This document shows positions 50,404 to 64,000 of a stretch of 64,000 bases of DNA, in pieces; position 1 is the first letter of the stretch, and each line of letters opens with the position of its first letter. The position numbers and the translations under genes are program-made. The notes below the pieces were generated by a model. It was not told the origin of the DNA, ran no database searches, and saw only the letters and a program-made list of their open reading frames with translations. Source of the DNA: Octopus sinensis (lineage: Eukaryota); assembly GCF_006345805.1 (NCBI RefSeq), contig NC_042999.1, positions 20,708,001-20,772,000 on the forward strand. The letters are read 5' to 3'.

Positions 50404-52389
50404 ATATAAATCTGTTTATTTATTTATTTATTGTTTGTGTGTTTAAACGCGGAAAGCACGTTGTCGGTCTGTGGGCTGTAAATGACATAGATAATTAGTT
50501 ACGGCATATAATGAAACAGCTGTGGTTCGCCTGCTGTTGTCTTTATTTTCCAAGAATTAGGCAAAATGAGAGCACCATTATGCCTCGATATGATTTTCAC
50601 GATTCATATATATTCCGTTACGTATAATTGATTTCAAAACGATAAAACCACGCCGGATAGGTCCTCCGTACAGTGTGAAAAGATTGAGGTTCTCTAAAAT
50701 GGGAATATTGTTTTTATTGTGGCTATGCAGAGAACAATATGAAATTCAACTTCTATGTAACATATTAGCTATACGCTTGTTCATTACTGATTCATTTATC
50801 ACTGATCCGAGTGAAACATGCACTAATGGTGAAGCGTATTCTGCTTGCCATCAATTAATCTGGGGTAACAGCAGTCTGCAATGAGTCGAAGGTACTGCTA
50901 GGACCTCAACAAGCATACCATCTACTGTTAACAATGTTCAGTACAGCTTAGAGTTTCATACTAAAGCTTATTTTCTCATATGTTATATTATTCATTTAGC
51001 ACTGATTCATTTAACGCTGTTTTTGAGAACCAACCACACGTGATAAATGAAGATAGATCTATTTATTTCGTACAATTACATTTAAAGAACAGATATTGCC
51101 ACGAATACATTAGCCAAATTACCAAATACTAAATAAAATAGAAAAGTATATATTCAGAAAATCGAGTTTCTTACCTATTCACGAAATCACATAACGTATC
51201 AATGAAACGATGTGTGAATTGTATTCTCAAATAAACTCTGTTATGTAACAAAATTTTTGTAACATTGCATTTTTCAGAAGACAAAGCCAACTTCAAGACA
51301 ATGTTCATATATATTAAATGTCTTCAAATTCTACAATTTGAGCTTAATACCGTACAAGATTACTTTAATATTTACAAAATGAAAGTTCATCCAGGTTCAG
51401 AGACACAATGAAAGCTGTCACTGAGAGGAGGTTACTGAGTGTTTTTACATTTATTTCTTTCCGTTTCAACTTACTGTGATATGTAACATCCTACTAAAAT
51501 TGGGTTTATAATATATTGTTGACTGGCCGTGATTTGTCGTTGCTTAACCTAGATCGGACGTATGCATTTCCATCATCTCTTTCTTCTACCATTACAGGTC
51601 GAAGAATGTTTAATCAATGTTGGTCCGTAAAACTTTTTATGTAAACATGACCTGGCTTTGTGAATTTTGTTACATTGGTTATTCTCTGAATGTGACATCA
51701 TGAACATGGCGAAGATTCACAATTTGTTGCGCTTAGAAACAAAAGTGTGAGTCATGGAGAAATACTCTTGTAGAAAGATTATTTTTAAGGTGTGATGTAA
51801 TAATTAATTGATTGGTTCATCTACTACTATGCATCTCAACAACGATGTTTTGCTAGCACATCTTATTAGAAAATATTTCCGTGATATTTAATGAAAATAA
51901 AAATATATAAACGAATAAACAACTGGAAAAAAATAGTATTTGAATGAAATACTTCGATACAGACCTAACGCTACAGATATTTTGAAACTTTTCACGACTT
52001 TTAAACAACGAAAGTGATCCCATAAAAGGATTATAATGGTAAATACTTATGCGCTAAGATTATTAGCTAGCTACATAATTTGAAGCGATATGAAGAGGCT
52101 GAAGTACATGCAGAAATCAACCACAAGATTTCTACGAAGTTGTGTCTGCTTCATTTAAAAAGAAGTAGGTATCAGACGAAAATGAAACATAAGAAGCAAA
52201 TCGAAATATTGCCTGAAAAAGACCTCAAAATTGTGCGACCCAACCTCTCCTCCGAGGTTATTTTAGTACTAACAAAGAGTTGTGCCAAAAACATTGTTTA
52301 TTTTGTAGCCTTTATATTGGGTCATTCCTTAAATAATCTGTTTTTTATGCTTCTTTTATTTTTCAATATTATGATAAACAAAGTACTTT

Positions 52390-52920
52390 TTTAAAACTAA
52401 AATATACTCTTCTTTATTTTCTACAATGCTATTCGATCTATCTGGTAGTCTTGCAAGGTCCCTCTTCCAAAATTCCCTTGTTCGTGACAAAAAATACTCC
52501 TCCGTACTGTTCTGACTTCGTCATATTTTTTCCGTCCTAATAATTTTGAAGAGTGCAGAATAAATGATAATCAGATGGAGCAATGTCCGGCAAATAAGGT
52601 GGGTAGGGCATTGTTTCCCATTCAAACTGCGCCAGCCGTTGGAAAGCCACCTTCACTGTATGTGGCCGAGCATTATCCTGATGTAAGAACACCTTTCGTC
52701 TTGAAACCAAACATGACCATTTTTCCTTCTAGTGCTGACTTGTTGAATGACCAAATCCAAGATTCTCTGATAGTTCCTCAACAGTAACGATGAGATTTTG
52801 TTCCAGAACGTCCTCAACGAGCTCTACAGAACTTCCAGGACGAAGCTTGTCATCTAGGCTCTATTTTCCGTCTCGCAATTTCTGGAACCACAGTTGAGAC
52901 TGACTTACGCTTATTGTCCG
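52390..52920 (-). mobile_element. Internally deleted mariner transposase relic
   Basis: Minus translation QLWFQKLRDG..SLDD..RPG, HQDNARPHT, PYPPYLPDIAPSDYHLF. Confidence 0.88.
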
Positions 52921-53730
52921 AACCCCTAATACTGCATTAACAAATTTTTTGTGCAGTTGTTCCTTCAAAAATATAAATTATTTTAAGGGTTACTCAAGGG
53001 TAAAATGGTTGAGAAACACTGCATTATAGCTTTGAAAAGATAACTTTTAAAATCGAACTGCACTCTTCAAAAGTTTCACTAAGAACACTATGGACAATGA
53101 AAAAATTACTAACTGCTTTTCTAACAACTTGATACTGGTAATTTATCCCATCCCCTCCGATTTTTAGTTCAGTAAATTGAAAAAGTCGTATTACTTACGA
53201 GATGACCCAATGCATATAGATAGATGATAATCCGCTTTCTTCATTATAGAACAGATGTGACTAATTTGGAGAAAACGGCTTTCGTTATTCACACATCGTC
53301 ACTCTCGTAACGCAACACTTAGTAATTTTGGTTCAAATTGAAAGTGTTACACAATTTTCACTTTCTAATAAAACATGGTCGTTGCAGAGCAGTGCCTTTC
53401 ATATGATTAAAGCTGGTTGTTCAGACAACGTAGAAAATATGTAAATACAAATAAAGTTTATTTGGTAGCCGAAATATTACTGAATCTTTTGATACCCCAT
53501 ACGTCAAAATCGGGAACTCAGTTTTCGAATGCATAAGGAACATACGCACACATATATGCAAACTCTGTTTCATATATAGAGAGATTAGTTATCATTGTAT
53601 CGATAACAACATACTTGGCTGAAATTGGCATAATAATTTTGATAGAACATGCGTAGCATATCAGAATATATGATATAAGAACTATTTTGTGATAGTACTG
53701 GATCGGTTATATAATTATAAAGTTAATACA

Positions 53731-54105
53731 AACAAGAGCACTCAGAGAGCGCATAATTCCGCCATGACAATACCAATGTCCTCTCAACGATTAACCGGAG
53801 TTGATTTTTAAAATGAGAATATCTTAAATAAGTTCAACTTCTCTCACAAACGAGAATACTAAAAATGAACCCGAACGAGCTCAAAAATTAAGTAAAACAA
53901 AAAGAAGGAAAATTAATCCAGAATCCTTGTCTGGTACAGGATCGATCCCAAAATTTAATCAGTCCGTGCCAATCATAAACCCAAATATCCCTGAATGTTT
54001 CATCCGAATCCATCGAGCGGTTTTTTAGATATCTTGTCCACGGTCAAACAAACAAACAAACACGACTGAAAACAATACATCCGCCTTCGCTAAGGCGGAG
54101 CTAAT
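53731..54105 (+). mobile_element. Non-autonomous Helentron/DINE-1-like element
   Basis: Subterminal ttccgcc complementary to 3' ggcggag; (CAAA)n near the 3' end; terminal hairpin ccgcctt-cgct-aaggcgg at 54081-54098. Confidence 0.6.
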
Positions 54106-54934
54106 AATAACAAATATGATAATGATATTTAATGGTAATTCGGATAAGAGCTACAACTACAACAATAATAAACATAATGGCAATAATGATGATGATGAAA
54201 ATAATAATAATGCACTGGTATTATTAGTAATGTTATGAAAAAGAGCATTACATGTTATAGCTGTGTTGATTATTTTGTCAATATTGATTATGGTATTAAT
54301 AATGCTGGAATTATCGATTATGTAAGTTTCGAGGACGGTGATGATGGTGATAGTGATAAGTTAATGATGAGTCATAAATAACTATGATACTCAATCGCCT
54401 CCAAAAAAGGAGCGCACAAAGAATGCCGTAATCCCTCTTATATAATCATCAATAGATTGTCTTTGGACGATAATTTTCCTAATTACTTATCTAATAGATT
54501 TATTGCCCACTCATGGACAGCAAAAGAGTAGTGACAATCGTTATTAAATTTATTTTAGTAGATTTATCCTGTTGTCGTTCCTATCGACGTCGTTGTTTAA
54601 TCCTGGCATACAGGGTGGTAACAAAATGTATGCACGTATATAGTTGACTATTGTTCTTTAGCACTTGCTCAGCTATTATTAAAACAAATCTCTGGTAATA
54701 TGTTCCCAGACTTTATTTATTTATAAATAATGTGTGGTGTGATTTGAGGAATGAAAATATATTTGCTATTTGAAGCACGCGGAGGGATCTTGAACAAACT
54801 TCTGTGTTTAGAGTTAATCGAGAGACAAAGTTCCTTCGGGCACACCTCGGCTGAAGACTCCCGCTCTCAAGAAATAGCTCCATCAGAACAGGACTTGAAG
54901 CGCTCTGACAAAGATTTCTATATATTAATTATAT

Positions 54935-55045
54935 ACATCCTTTCGGGGTCGATAAAGTAAGTACCAGTTGCGTACTGGAGGTCGATGTAATCGACTGACG
55001 CCTCCCCCAAAATTTTGGGCCTTGTGCCCAGAATAGAAAAGAAAA
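54935..55045 (+). mobile_element. SINE family C, 3' half (type-2 tail)
   Basis: catcctttcggggtcgataaa...ggccttgtgcccagaatagaaaagaa. Confidence 0.85.
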
Positions 55046-56561
55046 GAATATACAGGAATTCCTGCCTAAGGCTTGACTTCTCTGAAACTTCGTCTTAGGC
55101 AAATTAAACTAAAGAAAGGGCTCAAATGTGACTGGCAAAGGTTGCAGGTTTGAAGGTTTCCAAGTTGGACTATGCGTACCGCGTTCTCTTCTCTGAGTAT
55201 ATGAGTGGAATGACGGCTTGTGTTGGTCGATTACATGCCTCATGGCCAAGGTGGATGTGGAAGAATCTCACGGAGATAGGAACTAACTGGGACACTGTTT
55301 GAGGTGTTGCACGGGACAACACGAGCGGCTATCGATAAAAGCTGGATGCTAAAATGCACTGTAAATGCAAGTGCCTGAATACCCGTTCTACTGACGGATG
55401 TACAAATATAACATCCTTCCTTTCGTGGAGTTTGTGTTTGGCTTGGAACCAATTACTCCTATGTAATATGTATTTGAATTATTCATGCTGCGAAAAATTT
55501 CATTAGCAATCAAGGCTCCGGGAAAGAATAGGTTCATATATAGAGAGAGCCCATGTATGAGAAGGTTTTTATGAACTACTTGCTTGGATAATCGCAGTTT
55601 CTCAAAATCTTTCAGCTCCTTGCATTAAATATGCAACATCCGACCGTATTTCATTAGAGGTGTTATAATCTAAGGAATTCTTATTGAAATTGTGGAAGCT
55701 GACATGTGGTATTGAAGGTTCATAAAAACATTCCATGTGGCACCAGGAAATGTATTAATTAATAATTTAATTACAAAGGAGGAACTGACCACACAATGTA
55801 GTAATAAGCATGTGAGATTGATTATTCGCAATATTTTCATTAAAGTGTATTTGCCTGGCTATAGAGAAGTTACGTTGTATTCTTCCTAATTCTCAAACCA
55901 TTTGCTTTGCCTATTGTTAATACATTGTTATCTGTATTCTAAAGCCAGAACGTAAAGTTTTAGAAAACAATTGTGCTAATGAACTCCACCATCCAATAGA
56001 TGTTGCTAATTAAAAAAGTTTGATGAAATTTAGTTACTAAAATTAGTTTAATAAACTATTTGATTATTATTGTGCTTTAGCCCTGGGTCGTTCCTTGTGG
56101 ATTAGATATTATCAAAAGTATTCCTGACATGGAAAATTCGTATGACTTCTCAGTTATATCAGCTGCTTTCATTGTCCATCAGTGTTATGGAATTTTACAC
56201 AAAATTCTGCCTTGAGAGTTGGGGAATCACAGATCAGATAATTTCGCATTCTCTTAGTTGAATTATAGAATCATATGACAAGCGTTTAGCATGTTTGAAA
56301 TGACGATGCTGTGTGTTTGCATGTGAATGCTTGCATGTGTGAGTGTGTGTGTATGAGAGAGAGAGAGAGAGAGCGCTCGTGCGTACGCATATATTTGATA
56401 TAGGTAAACATTGAATTCGAATAGATAAAAGTTAATACGGAATGAGAATTATAGGCACAGACACACACACATATATATATATGGAGCCTGTATATGAGTG
56501 TGTGTGTGTGTTTGTACATATACATATATATATACATATGTAATTTTCATTTCCTTTTAAT

Positions 56562-56603
<42 letters not shown>

Positions 56604-56794
56604 ACAAAAGAGGCAGTTGGAATTTTCAATAATTCCTTATTAGCGTTTTCGCTCGTTCATCAAACTCGTCAGGACAAAATCAAAATAAGAATGGTAAAAT
56701 TAGAATTTTCGTTGTTGTTCATTCATATGAATTGGATGCATTTTTGCTTTCTTTAGAAGAGAAAAGTATTGATTTTTTTTTCTTTTTGAAACTA

Positions 56795-57545
56795 TCTTGA
56801 ACCATCACTTTTTACGTATCCCCAAAGCATCAGAGTCTTACCTTCAAACTTCCCTGTTTTTGTCGTATAACGTGGGTCGTTTCGCTTTCCTCGAGGCCCG
56901 CTCACATATCTTCGCTTGTCAGAAACCGAAACGACACACGTTACACGATGAAAATAGCGAACTTTGAGGGTAAGGGTCTGATGCTTTGGGGATACATTAA
57001 ATGTGATGGTTCAAGAACGTTGGTTGAAATTGATGGTAACTTGAATAGTGCCAAATACATCCAGTTACTAAAGGACAATTTGATACCAGACTTGGATGTA
57101 GGTGAGATTTTTCAGCATGATAGAGCTCCATACCACAGATCGTATGCAACGCAACAGAGTCTGGCTGATGAAGGTGTTACCGTATTAAAAGATTTTCCAT
57201 CTCAGAACACTGATTTAAATATCATCGAGAACCTTTGGAGAGAGCTACAGAGAAAAGTTCTTCAAAAGGATCCACGCAAACTTGAAGAGTTGTAGGAGCT
57301 CAACCACAGAGAATGGCATCTCATAATTGTGAAAATGGTGAGACATTTATACGCATCTCTTCTCAGGCGCATTGAAATAATCGTGTGGCTAAGGGAAGCC
57401 ACACGAAATGTTAACAATGTACAGTAACTTCTTGACATGAACATTATGTAATACATTTTCATTATAGACATTTTTCTGTTTAAAAACGCTATGTCTTGTT
57501 TGGTTTATGTGGTGGACGAAAACTTTTTCACGGCCATTTGTGGTC
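56795..57545. mobile_element. Tc1-family transposase relic (plus 56936-57545) with an inverted upstream segment (minus 56795-56935)
   Basis: LMLWG..G, LNSAKYIQLL, FQHDRAPYH, SQNTDLNIIENLW (DD34E-type); minus segment reads SDKRRYV..PRG.RNDPRYTTKT. Confidence 0.88.
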
Positions 57546-57949
57546 GTCATCTTGTATCTTCCCCTTTCATTCAGAACCTCTATTATAAAATATAACTATT
57601 AAGTATGGAAATGACTCCAACAGAGCATATGTTTTACCTGAAAAAAACGCAATTCGAAACATCAATTTAAAGGTTGCCATTTAGTAGAGATTTACAATAG
57701 TTTAAGGTGGCTGAAAACTTTTGCACCGTACTATATCGTATGAATACGGTAAATATATTTTCTTTCGCCTAAGTAATACTAATACATGCACATGCAAGTG
57801 TATCTATACGCACACACAGACGCACACGATGATACACAACACACACAAGCACATACACACGCACACACGGCATAATGATGTCTCCCTCTCTCTTTTTCTT
57901 ACGCCGCATTCTTAATATGTGTTTGTATATATAAATATATATATATATA

Positions 57950-58165
57950 TTTCTTTACTACCCACAGAGGGGACAAAAAAGGCCAGACAAAGGGGTTAAG
58001 TCTATTACATCGACTCCAGTGCGTAACTGGTACTTAATTTATCGAACCCGAAAGGATGAAAGGCAAAGTCGACCTCGGCGGAATTTGAACTTGCAACGTC
58101 ACGACAGACGAAATACGGCTACGCATTTCTCCTGGCGTGCTAACGTTTCTGCCAGCTCGCCGCCT
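57950..58165 (-). mobile_element. SINE family C (type-1 tail, partly deleted)
   Basis: Family match. Confidence 0.9.
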
Positions 58166-58222
58166 TATATAAATATATAGATATGCGAATATCTATCTAT
58201 CTATCTACATATACACAAACAC

Positions 58223-58272
<50 letters not shown>

Positions 58273-58851
58273 CATACATATGCGTGCATATTTGCTTGAG
58301 GAAACTTAATATGTCTAATTATTTAACTACAGGCGGGTGAAGAATCAAATTCCAACCCGTAAATGTAAATATAACACACAGACGTATATGTATGTGTGTG
58401 CGTCTGCGTCTGCTCGCGTAAGTGAGTGATTGTGCATGCTTGTGTATATGAGTATGTGCATACGAATGTAAGTGATATCGTTGCCAAACAATACAAAGAT
58501 CGCACGTAATGCAAAAATATTTATACAAAAAATACAACTTTATACTTTCACTGTAGAGATATGTAAATCAGCGAGAAATAAAAATAAAATTGATAGCGAC
58601 AGAAATAGCTTATTTAATATCCAGATCGATACTTTTAATTTTCGTTTAGAAGTTGATGCGTCATGTGATAGAACACAATATCGATATAAAGAAATCACTG
58701 ACAAATATTAAACAAGTTCATTGAACTTCACATCATAGAAAATAAGTAAGCGCTGATGTTAGATACGTTTCTTTTTAATACGATGATTAAATTTCATACC
58801 TGGCTTTACCACGCAATATCGTAAGATGATTTGGAATTACATAATAAACAG

Positions 58852-58977
58852 GCAATAATTCAGATGTATTCCATTGTCATCTTTCGATCTCTTAATTTTG
58901 ATATCTTCGAATAAATTAAAGTTTAAAGCTAGTAATGTTTCCAATACATTGTTGGATATTGTGTCCATTTTTTCCGC
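58852..58977 (-). CDS. Weak candidate exon ([44 protein letters not shown])
   Basis: gtgtttcag acceptor and a protein-like frame; donor gtaatt weak; opposite strand to the other candidates. Confidence 0.15.
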
Positions 58978-59009
58978 TCTGAAACACACACATCTGCACA
59001 CACAAGTAA

Positions 59010-59055
59010 GTATATAGTATATATATACATATGTCTGTGTGTGTGTAGATGTCTG

Positions 59056-59088
<33 letters not shown>

Positions 59089-59097
59089 GTATATATG

Positions 59098-59139
<42 letters not shown>

Positions 59140-59140
59140 C

Positions 59141-59173
<33 letters not shown>

Positions 59174-59187
59174 CATATATATATACT

Positions 59188-59262
<75 letters not shown>
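59010..59262. repeat. (TA)n compound microsatellite
   Basis: Direct reading. Confidence 0.95.
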
Positions 59263-59264
<2 letters not shown>

Positions 59265-59606
59265 TTCTATGTTTATCTGTGTGTGGCTGTTTTTTGCGTT
59301 TTCAATTTGCATTCTTTTTTTGCTCTTACAGTGGCATACAATTCTCCTCCGTATTAAAGGATTTCTGGCTTCTTCTGTCTAGATGTGTCCGATTGTGGTT
59401 TCATTTGTTTGGCTTTTCAAAATCAATATTACATTGTATTCGATTTCAAAGATCGTTATATTAAGGTCATTGAAGTCGATGTCAGCAAAATTTACTTTTG
59501 TACACATCCTGTTGTCCTCTTACACGTTTGTAGATGAGCAGATACGGAAGATTATTAAAACATGTGACTCCCTCCGCGGTCGATTTTTACCTTTGTTCTT
59601 TCCTAG

Positions 59607-59717
59607 TTTATCATAAACGAGAGCACGAGTGTAGTTTTGCTACAAAGTGTCAAAAATGATATTAAAAAGATAGTCCATGATCCTATGTTGGATATCGTTA
59701 AATTGTCGTTGTTAAAA
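59607..59717 (+). CDS. Candidate exon (FIINESTSVVLLQSVKNDIKKIVHDPMLDIVKLSLLK)
   Basis: Strong tttttacctttgttctttcctag acceptor, AAA|gtaaat donor, 111 nt phase 0-0. Confidence 0.35.
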
Positions 59718-59769
59718 GTAAATTTCTATGCAATATTGATTAGGATTTAATTAATCTTTTTTCACTCAG

Positions 59770-59877
59770 GAGAAAAGAGGATATTAGCCTTCCGGTTATA
59801 TTAGAAATTTTCTCTTACGCCTCTCAGAACACCATAGATATTGCCGCTTGGAAGATCATTTGCGTTTTATTCCATGA
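59770..59877 (+). CDS. Candidate exon (RKEDISLPVILEIFSYASQNTIDIAAWKIICVLFH)
   Basis: ttttttcactcag acceptor, gtatta donor, 108 nt phase 2-2; phase-incompatible with 59607-59717 as assembled. Confidence 0.3.
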
Positions 59878-60054
59878 GTATTAAGCATTGAGGTTGGCGT
59901 TTATGTGCTGATCTGTTATCTTTTGTCTTTAATTTGTTTCAGTTAATGGATCGCGGCCATGTTGGGGCACTGCCATGTATATTTTAATCTAAAGAGTCGA
60001 ACCTAGTACGCTAAGTTATAGAGACGTAGACAAGACAACACTTGTTGTCAGGCG

Positions 60055-60093
60055 ATGTGTATATATGTATATATGCATGCATGTATGTATGCA

Positions 60094-60168
<75 letters not shown>

Positions 60169-60375
60169 GGAAGGAGGAAAATACGGATAGAGAAATAGAT
60201 AGATAGACAGAGAGTCAGACAGACATATAGATAGCTAGATGCTCCGTCTACAAATTCATTAATAACTCGTAGGATTTTGGTCGGCATACATTGAAAATTG
60301 CTGACAAAATTCACTACAACCCTTTTTCTTCTCCTCACAATAATTCTGAAATACACACACACACACACATTTATA

Positions 60376-60437
<62 letters not shown>

Positions 60438-60473
60438 ATATGTATGTATATATATATATTATATATATATATA

Positions 60474-60519
<46 letters not shown>

Positions 60520-60551
60520 GTATATGTGCATATATATATGCGTGTGTGTGC

Positions 60552-60590
<39 letters not shown>

Positions 60591-60700
60591 CATACACATA
60601 TATATATACACACATATGTATATGTATATATATATACATATATATAGAGAGAGAGACACACACATACACACACACATATAAACACACACACATATACTCA
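60055..60700. repeat. (TA)n, (GATA)n, (GA)n, (CA)n microsatellite cluster
   Basis: Direct reading. Confidence 0.9.
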
Positions 60701-60743
60701 CACATATCTAAACAAACAGACAAATATAATTATATATCTACAC

Positions 60744-60909
60744 AGGAGTAGGAGTGGCTGAGTGGTAAGTAGCTTGCTTGCCAACCACATGGTTCTGGGT
60801 TCAGTCTCACTGTGTGGCACCTTGGGCAAGTGTCTTCTACTATAGCCTCGGGCCGACCAAATCCTTGTGAGTGGACTTGGTTGACGGAAACTGAAACAAG
60901 TCCATCGTA

Positions 60910-60977
<68 letters not shown>

Positions 60978-61199
60978 GTGCGTGTGTGTGTGTGGGGGTG
61001 TGTATATGTTTGTGTGTGTTGTGTGTGTGTATGTTTGTGTGTCTTTGATTGTGCCCTCAACATCGCTTGACAACCGATGCTGGTGTGTTTACGTGCCCGT
61101 AATCTAGCAGTTCGGCACAATAGACCGATAGAATAAGTACTGGTCGATTTGCTCGAATAAAGTCGGTGCTGCAGTATGGCCACAGTCAAATGACTGAAG
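60744..61199 (+). mobile_element. SINE family B with expanded central microsatellite
   Basis: Family match. Confidence 0.92.
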
Positions 61200-61414
61200 C
61201 ACACACATCGATATATACATATATATATGTAGACAGTTTGGTACACACATATATACATACACACATACACACGCGTACACACACATATATATGTAGTATA
61301 TATAGAGAGACACACTCATGCATACATACTTATATGAACACACACATCAATAAACGAACAGATAAATATAATTATATGTTTGCACATATATACACCATAT
61401 ATACATTCGCCATG

Positions 61415-61797
61415 ATAGATCGCTAGCCACTACACGTTCTTTATTTTCTCTCCTTGTTTCTTACTCTGTTCCTGTTATGTCGCACGTTCGGATGCCTTCT
61501 ACTACTCTACTTTGACTCTACTACTCAACTCTTCTCTGCTCGCCTCCTCCAACTGCTACTCAACTCAATTCTACTACTACTTTCTCTGTTCTAGTCATCA
61601 CACTCTATATCTACGTATTGGGCTAACCTACCTCATCGTCTGGGGGTGTCCACACAATAGTTCCTTTCTGTGGAGGAGCGTAGGCTCGAAACACTAAAGA
61701 CTTTTTCACTCCCAGAGCGTCATACTAATACAGCTGTTTGTTGTCTACACCATCTGTCTTCTTCTTTTGTTTCTTCGTTATTTTGTGAATTTTCCAC
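61415..61797 (+). mobile_element. Dispersed repeat, possibly a Penelope-like 3' terminus
   Basis: Homologous to 29610-29757. Confidence 0.45.
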
Positions 61798-62351
61798 ATA
61801 TATACATACACACAGACACACACCTGACACACTCACACATACATACAGACAGACACACGCATATATATATATATGCAGATAGTTGAGCACATATATACAT
61901 ATATACATTGAGTGCGTCTCTGTGTGTATATCTCCTTGTATTTGCCTGTGAAAATAAATACACGAAATCTTTTGCCTAAGAGTAATATGGCTTTAGTATC
62001 AGAAGACTTAATTATAATATAGCAGCCTGCAGGTTGGCTGTTTTTCAATTTGTTTTTTCAGTTGTACATATTTAAGTTTACATAATTCGAGATATATATA
62101 ATAAAAGTTCTTCACTGAACTATGACTCTATAGTTTCATAACTCAATGTTTAGAGTCATTATTCATTAGTCATCCAGTATTCACTTATTCATTACAAAAA
62201 TATTATCAAGCAGCTTTTGTTTCCATATTCCGTTGTAGAGAAAGTCTATTCAACATGATTTAATTATCATTATATATGTTTTGCTTTGGTTTGATTTTAA
62301 TTTTTAATTTTAACTCATTAATTAATTACGCAATAGAAGATTCGCAACGCT

Positions 62352-62771
62352 CACACACACACACACACACATAGGAAAAGACAAATACTCATACACACAT
62401 ACAGACAGATACACACACATGCACACATCTGTACACATAAATACGCACACAAATATATATGTGTATATGTAAATGTATATAGAAATATATATGTAAATTT
62501 ATATATATATATATATACATGCATATATATATATACATGCATATATATATATACATATATATATATACACACATACATATACATATATATATGCACGCAC
62601 ACACGCATGAGCACACGCACGTACATACGTATGCACACACACACAAACATGCATAAACTTACACATTCAAGAATGCTCCAACATTTACATATATTTTTAT
62701 TTCGTCCCCCCTCTCTCTCGCTTTCTTTCTCTCTTTGTATAATACGTGTGTCAATGAACGCAACAGCTCGA

Positions 62772-62818
<47 letters not shown>

Positions 62819-62819
62819 C

Positions 62820-62850
<31 letters not shown>

Positions 62851-62855
62851 AATAA

Positions 62856-62941
<86 letters not shown>

Positions 62942-62945
62942 TATG
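62352..62945. repeat. (CA)n/(TA)n microsatellites
   Basis: Direct reading. Confidence 0.9.
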
Positions 62946-63697
62946 TACATGTACGTTATTTTTGTGTGTAGAAGTCTGATGTCCACAGAACTGTGCGCTC
63001 CAATATGGATTCTCTCTTATGTATGCATATGCATATCTGTTCGTGCGTACATTTATGTATGAGCTGATGAGGACGCATCGGTCTTTAATACATGCGTGCG
63101 TGTGTATGCGAGCTCTCACTGAAATATACAGTTTTCTATTTTTCTAATTAATTTTTGAATTTTACAACTTAATAATCTTGGTTTTATTTTGTTTGCTAAT
63201 TTCTTCTAAAAGTGGTATCTTAGTTTCAATTTTCACTTTACCTTAATTAACATTTATAGGATTCTTTCAAAATCTTACTATTCAGAAAATTTCGAACAAG
63301 AATAATCATTGCATTTTTAGCATTTGTAGTCAGAATCTTATCGGAGCTTTTGTTTATTTATTACACCGATGCGACATACTTCTTTAGCAATTTATCTTTA
63401 TCTGTTGCGTTTCTTTCCTCATTTGCATTACGAAGCAATTTCATTTCTTTTTCTTTTTCCTTCTATTTTTCTTCCATGTCTGTGTTTGTTATGCTTGTTT
63501 GCATTACGAGGACATGAAGCGTATAATGCTACTGCAAACTGTAAAAACCACACAGCTGATGCCTTAGAACTACTCATTCAGGGAAATGCAATTTTGAAAG
63601 TGATAGCATGATACTTCATTCTTGAAGGTTTCTATTTCAAAATATTTTGCATGTTAACGATACATATTGTAATATCCTGCATAATTAAACTCTGCTA

Positions 63698-63718
63698 AAG
63701 ATATATATATATATGTTG

Positions 63719-63792
<74 letters not shown>

Positions 63793-63870
63793 TGTGTGTG
63801 TGTGTGTATACATATACATATACATAATAGTGTGTGTTTGTTATGTATGTATATATGCATACATACACGT
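63698..63870. repeat. (TA)n(TG)n microsatellite
   Basis: Direct reading. Confidence 0.95.
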
Positions 63871-64000
63871 GTGTGTTGGTCTGTGTATGTCTGTATGTGA
63901 CTAAAGAATTCAAACTTTTTAGAATTGTCCTCTATGTTAGTAGGCTGTGTGTGAGGTTGTAAGTTTGTAGCTTTCTGCGTGTGTAGTCAATGTTCTGTGT

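Noticed and set aside
55190-55345. RTE-like LINE C-terminus (GRLHASWPRWMWKNLTEIGTNW)
   Set aside because: Resemblance too weak and short to call
63064-63090. CTGATGAGGAC...GTC hammerhead-like motif
   Set aside because: No GAAA after stem II

Overview
AT-rich, repeat-dominated eukaryotic DNA. The SINE families and very abundant (TA)n/(CA)n tracts resemble a coleoid cephalopod (Octopus-type) genome; this is inference, not a database result. No host gene can be identified with confidence, only scattered plus-strand exon candidates. Most listed ORFs are microsatellite translations. Two young LINEs dominate. (1) A 5'-truncated L1/Tx1-clade element at ~7290-11270 (+) has an ORF2 of ~1128 aa broken only by two single-G deletions, and its last ~25 nt match the tail of a local SINE family. 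(2) An apparently full-length CR1-clade element at 29928-34580 (-) has an unusual ORF1 (Myb/SANT-like domain, polyQ linker, two CCCH fingers) and an ORF2 frame with no AUG before the endonuclease, opening at a U_UUU_UUA slippery heptamer with an adjacent hairpin. This is the best candidate for an undescribed system. Also present: ~30 tRNA-derived SINE copies with shuffled heads and tails, R4/Dong-like RLE-LINE relics, mariner/Tc1 relics with inverted segments, a mariner-derived 143-bp minisatellite, Helitron- and Helentron-like non-autonomous elements, and two long fold-back palindromes (450 bp near-perfect; 416 bp diverged).
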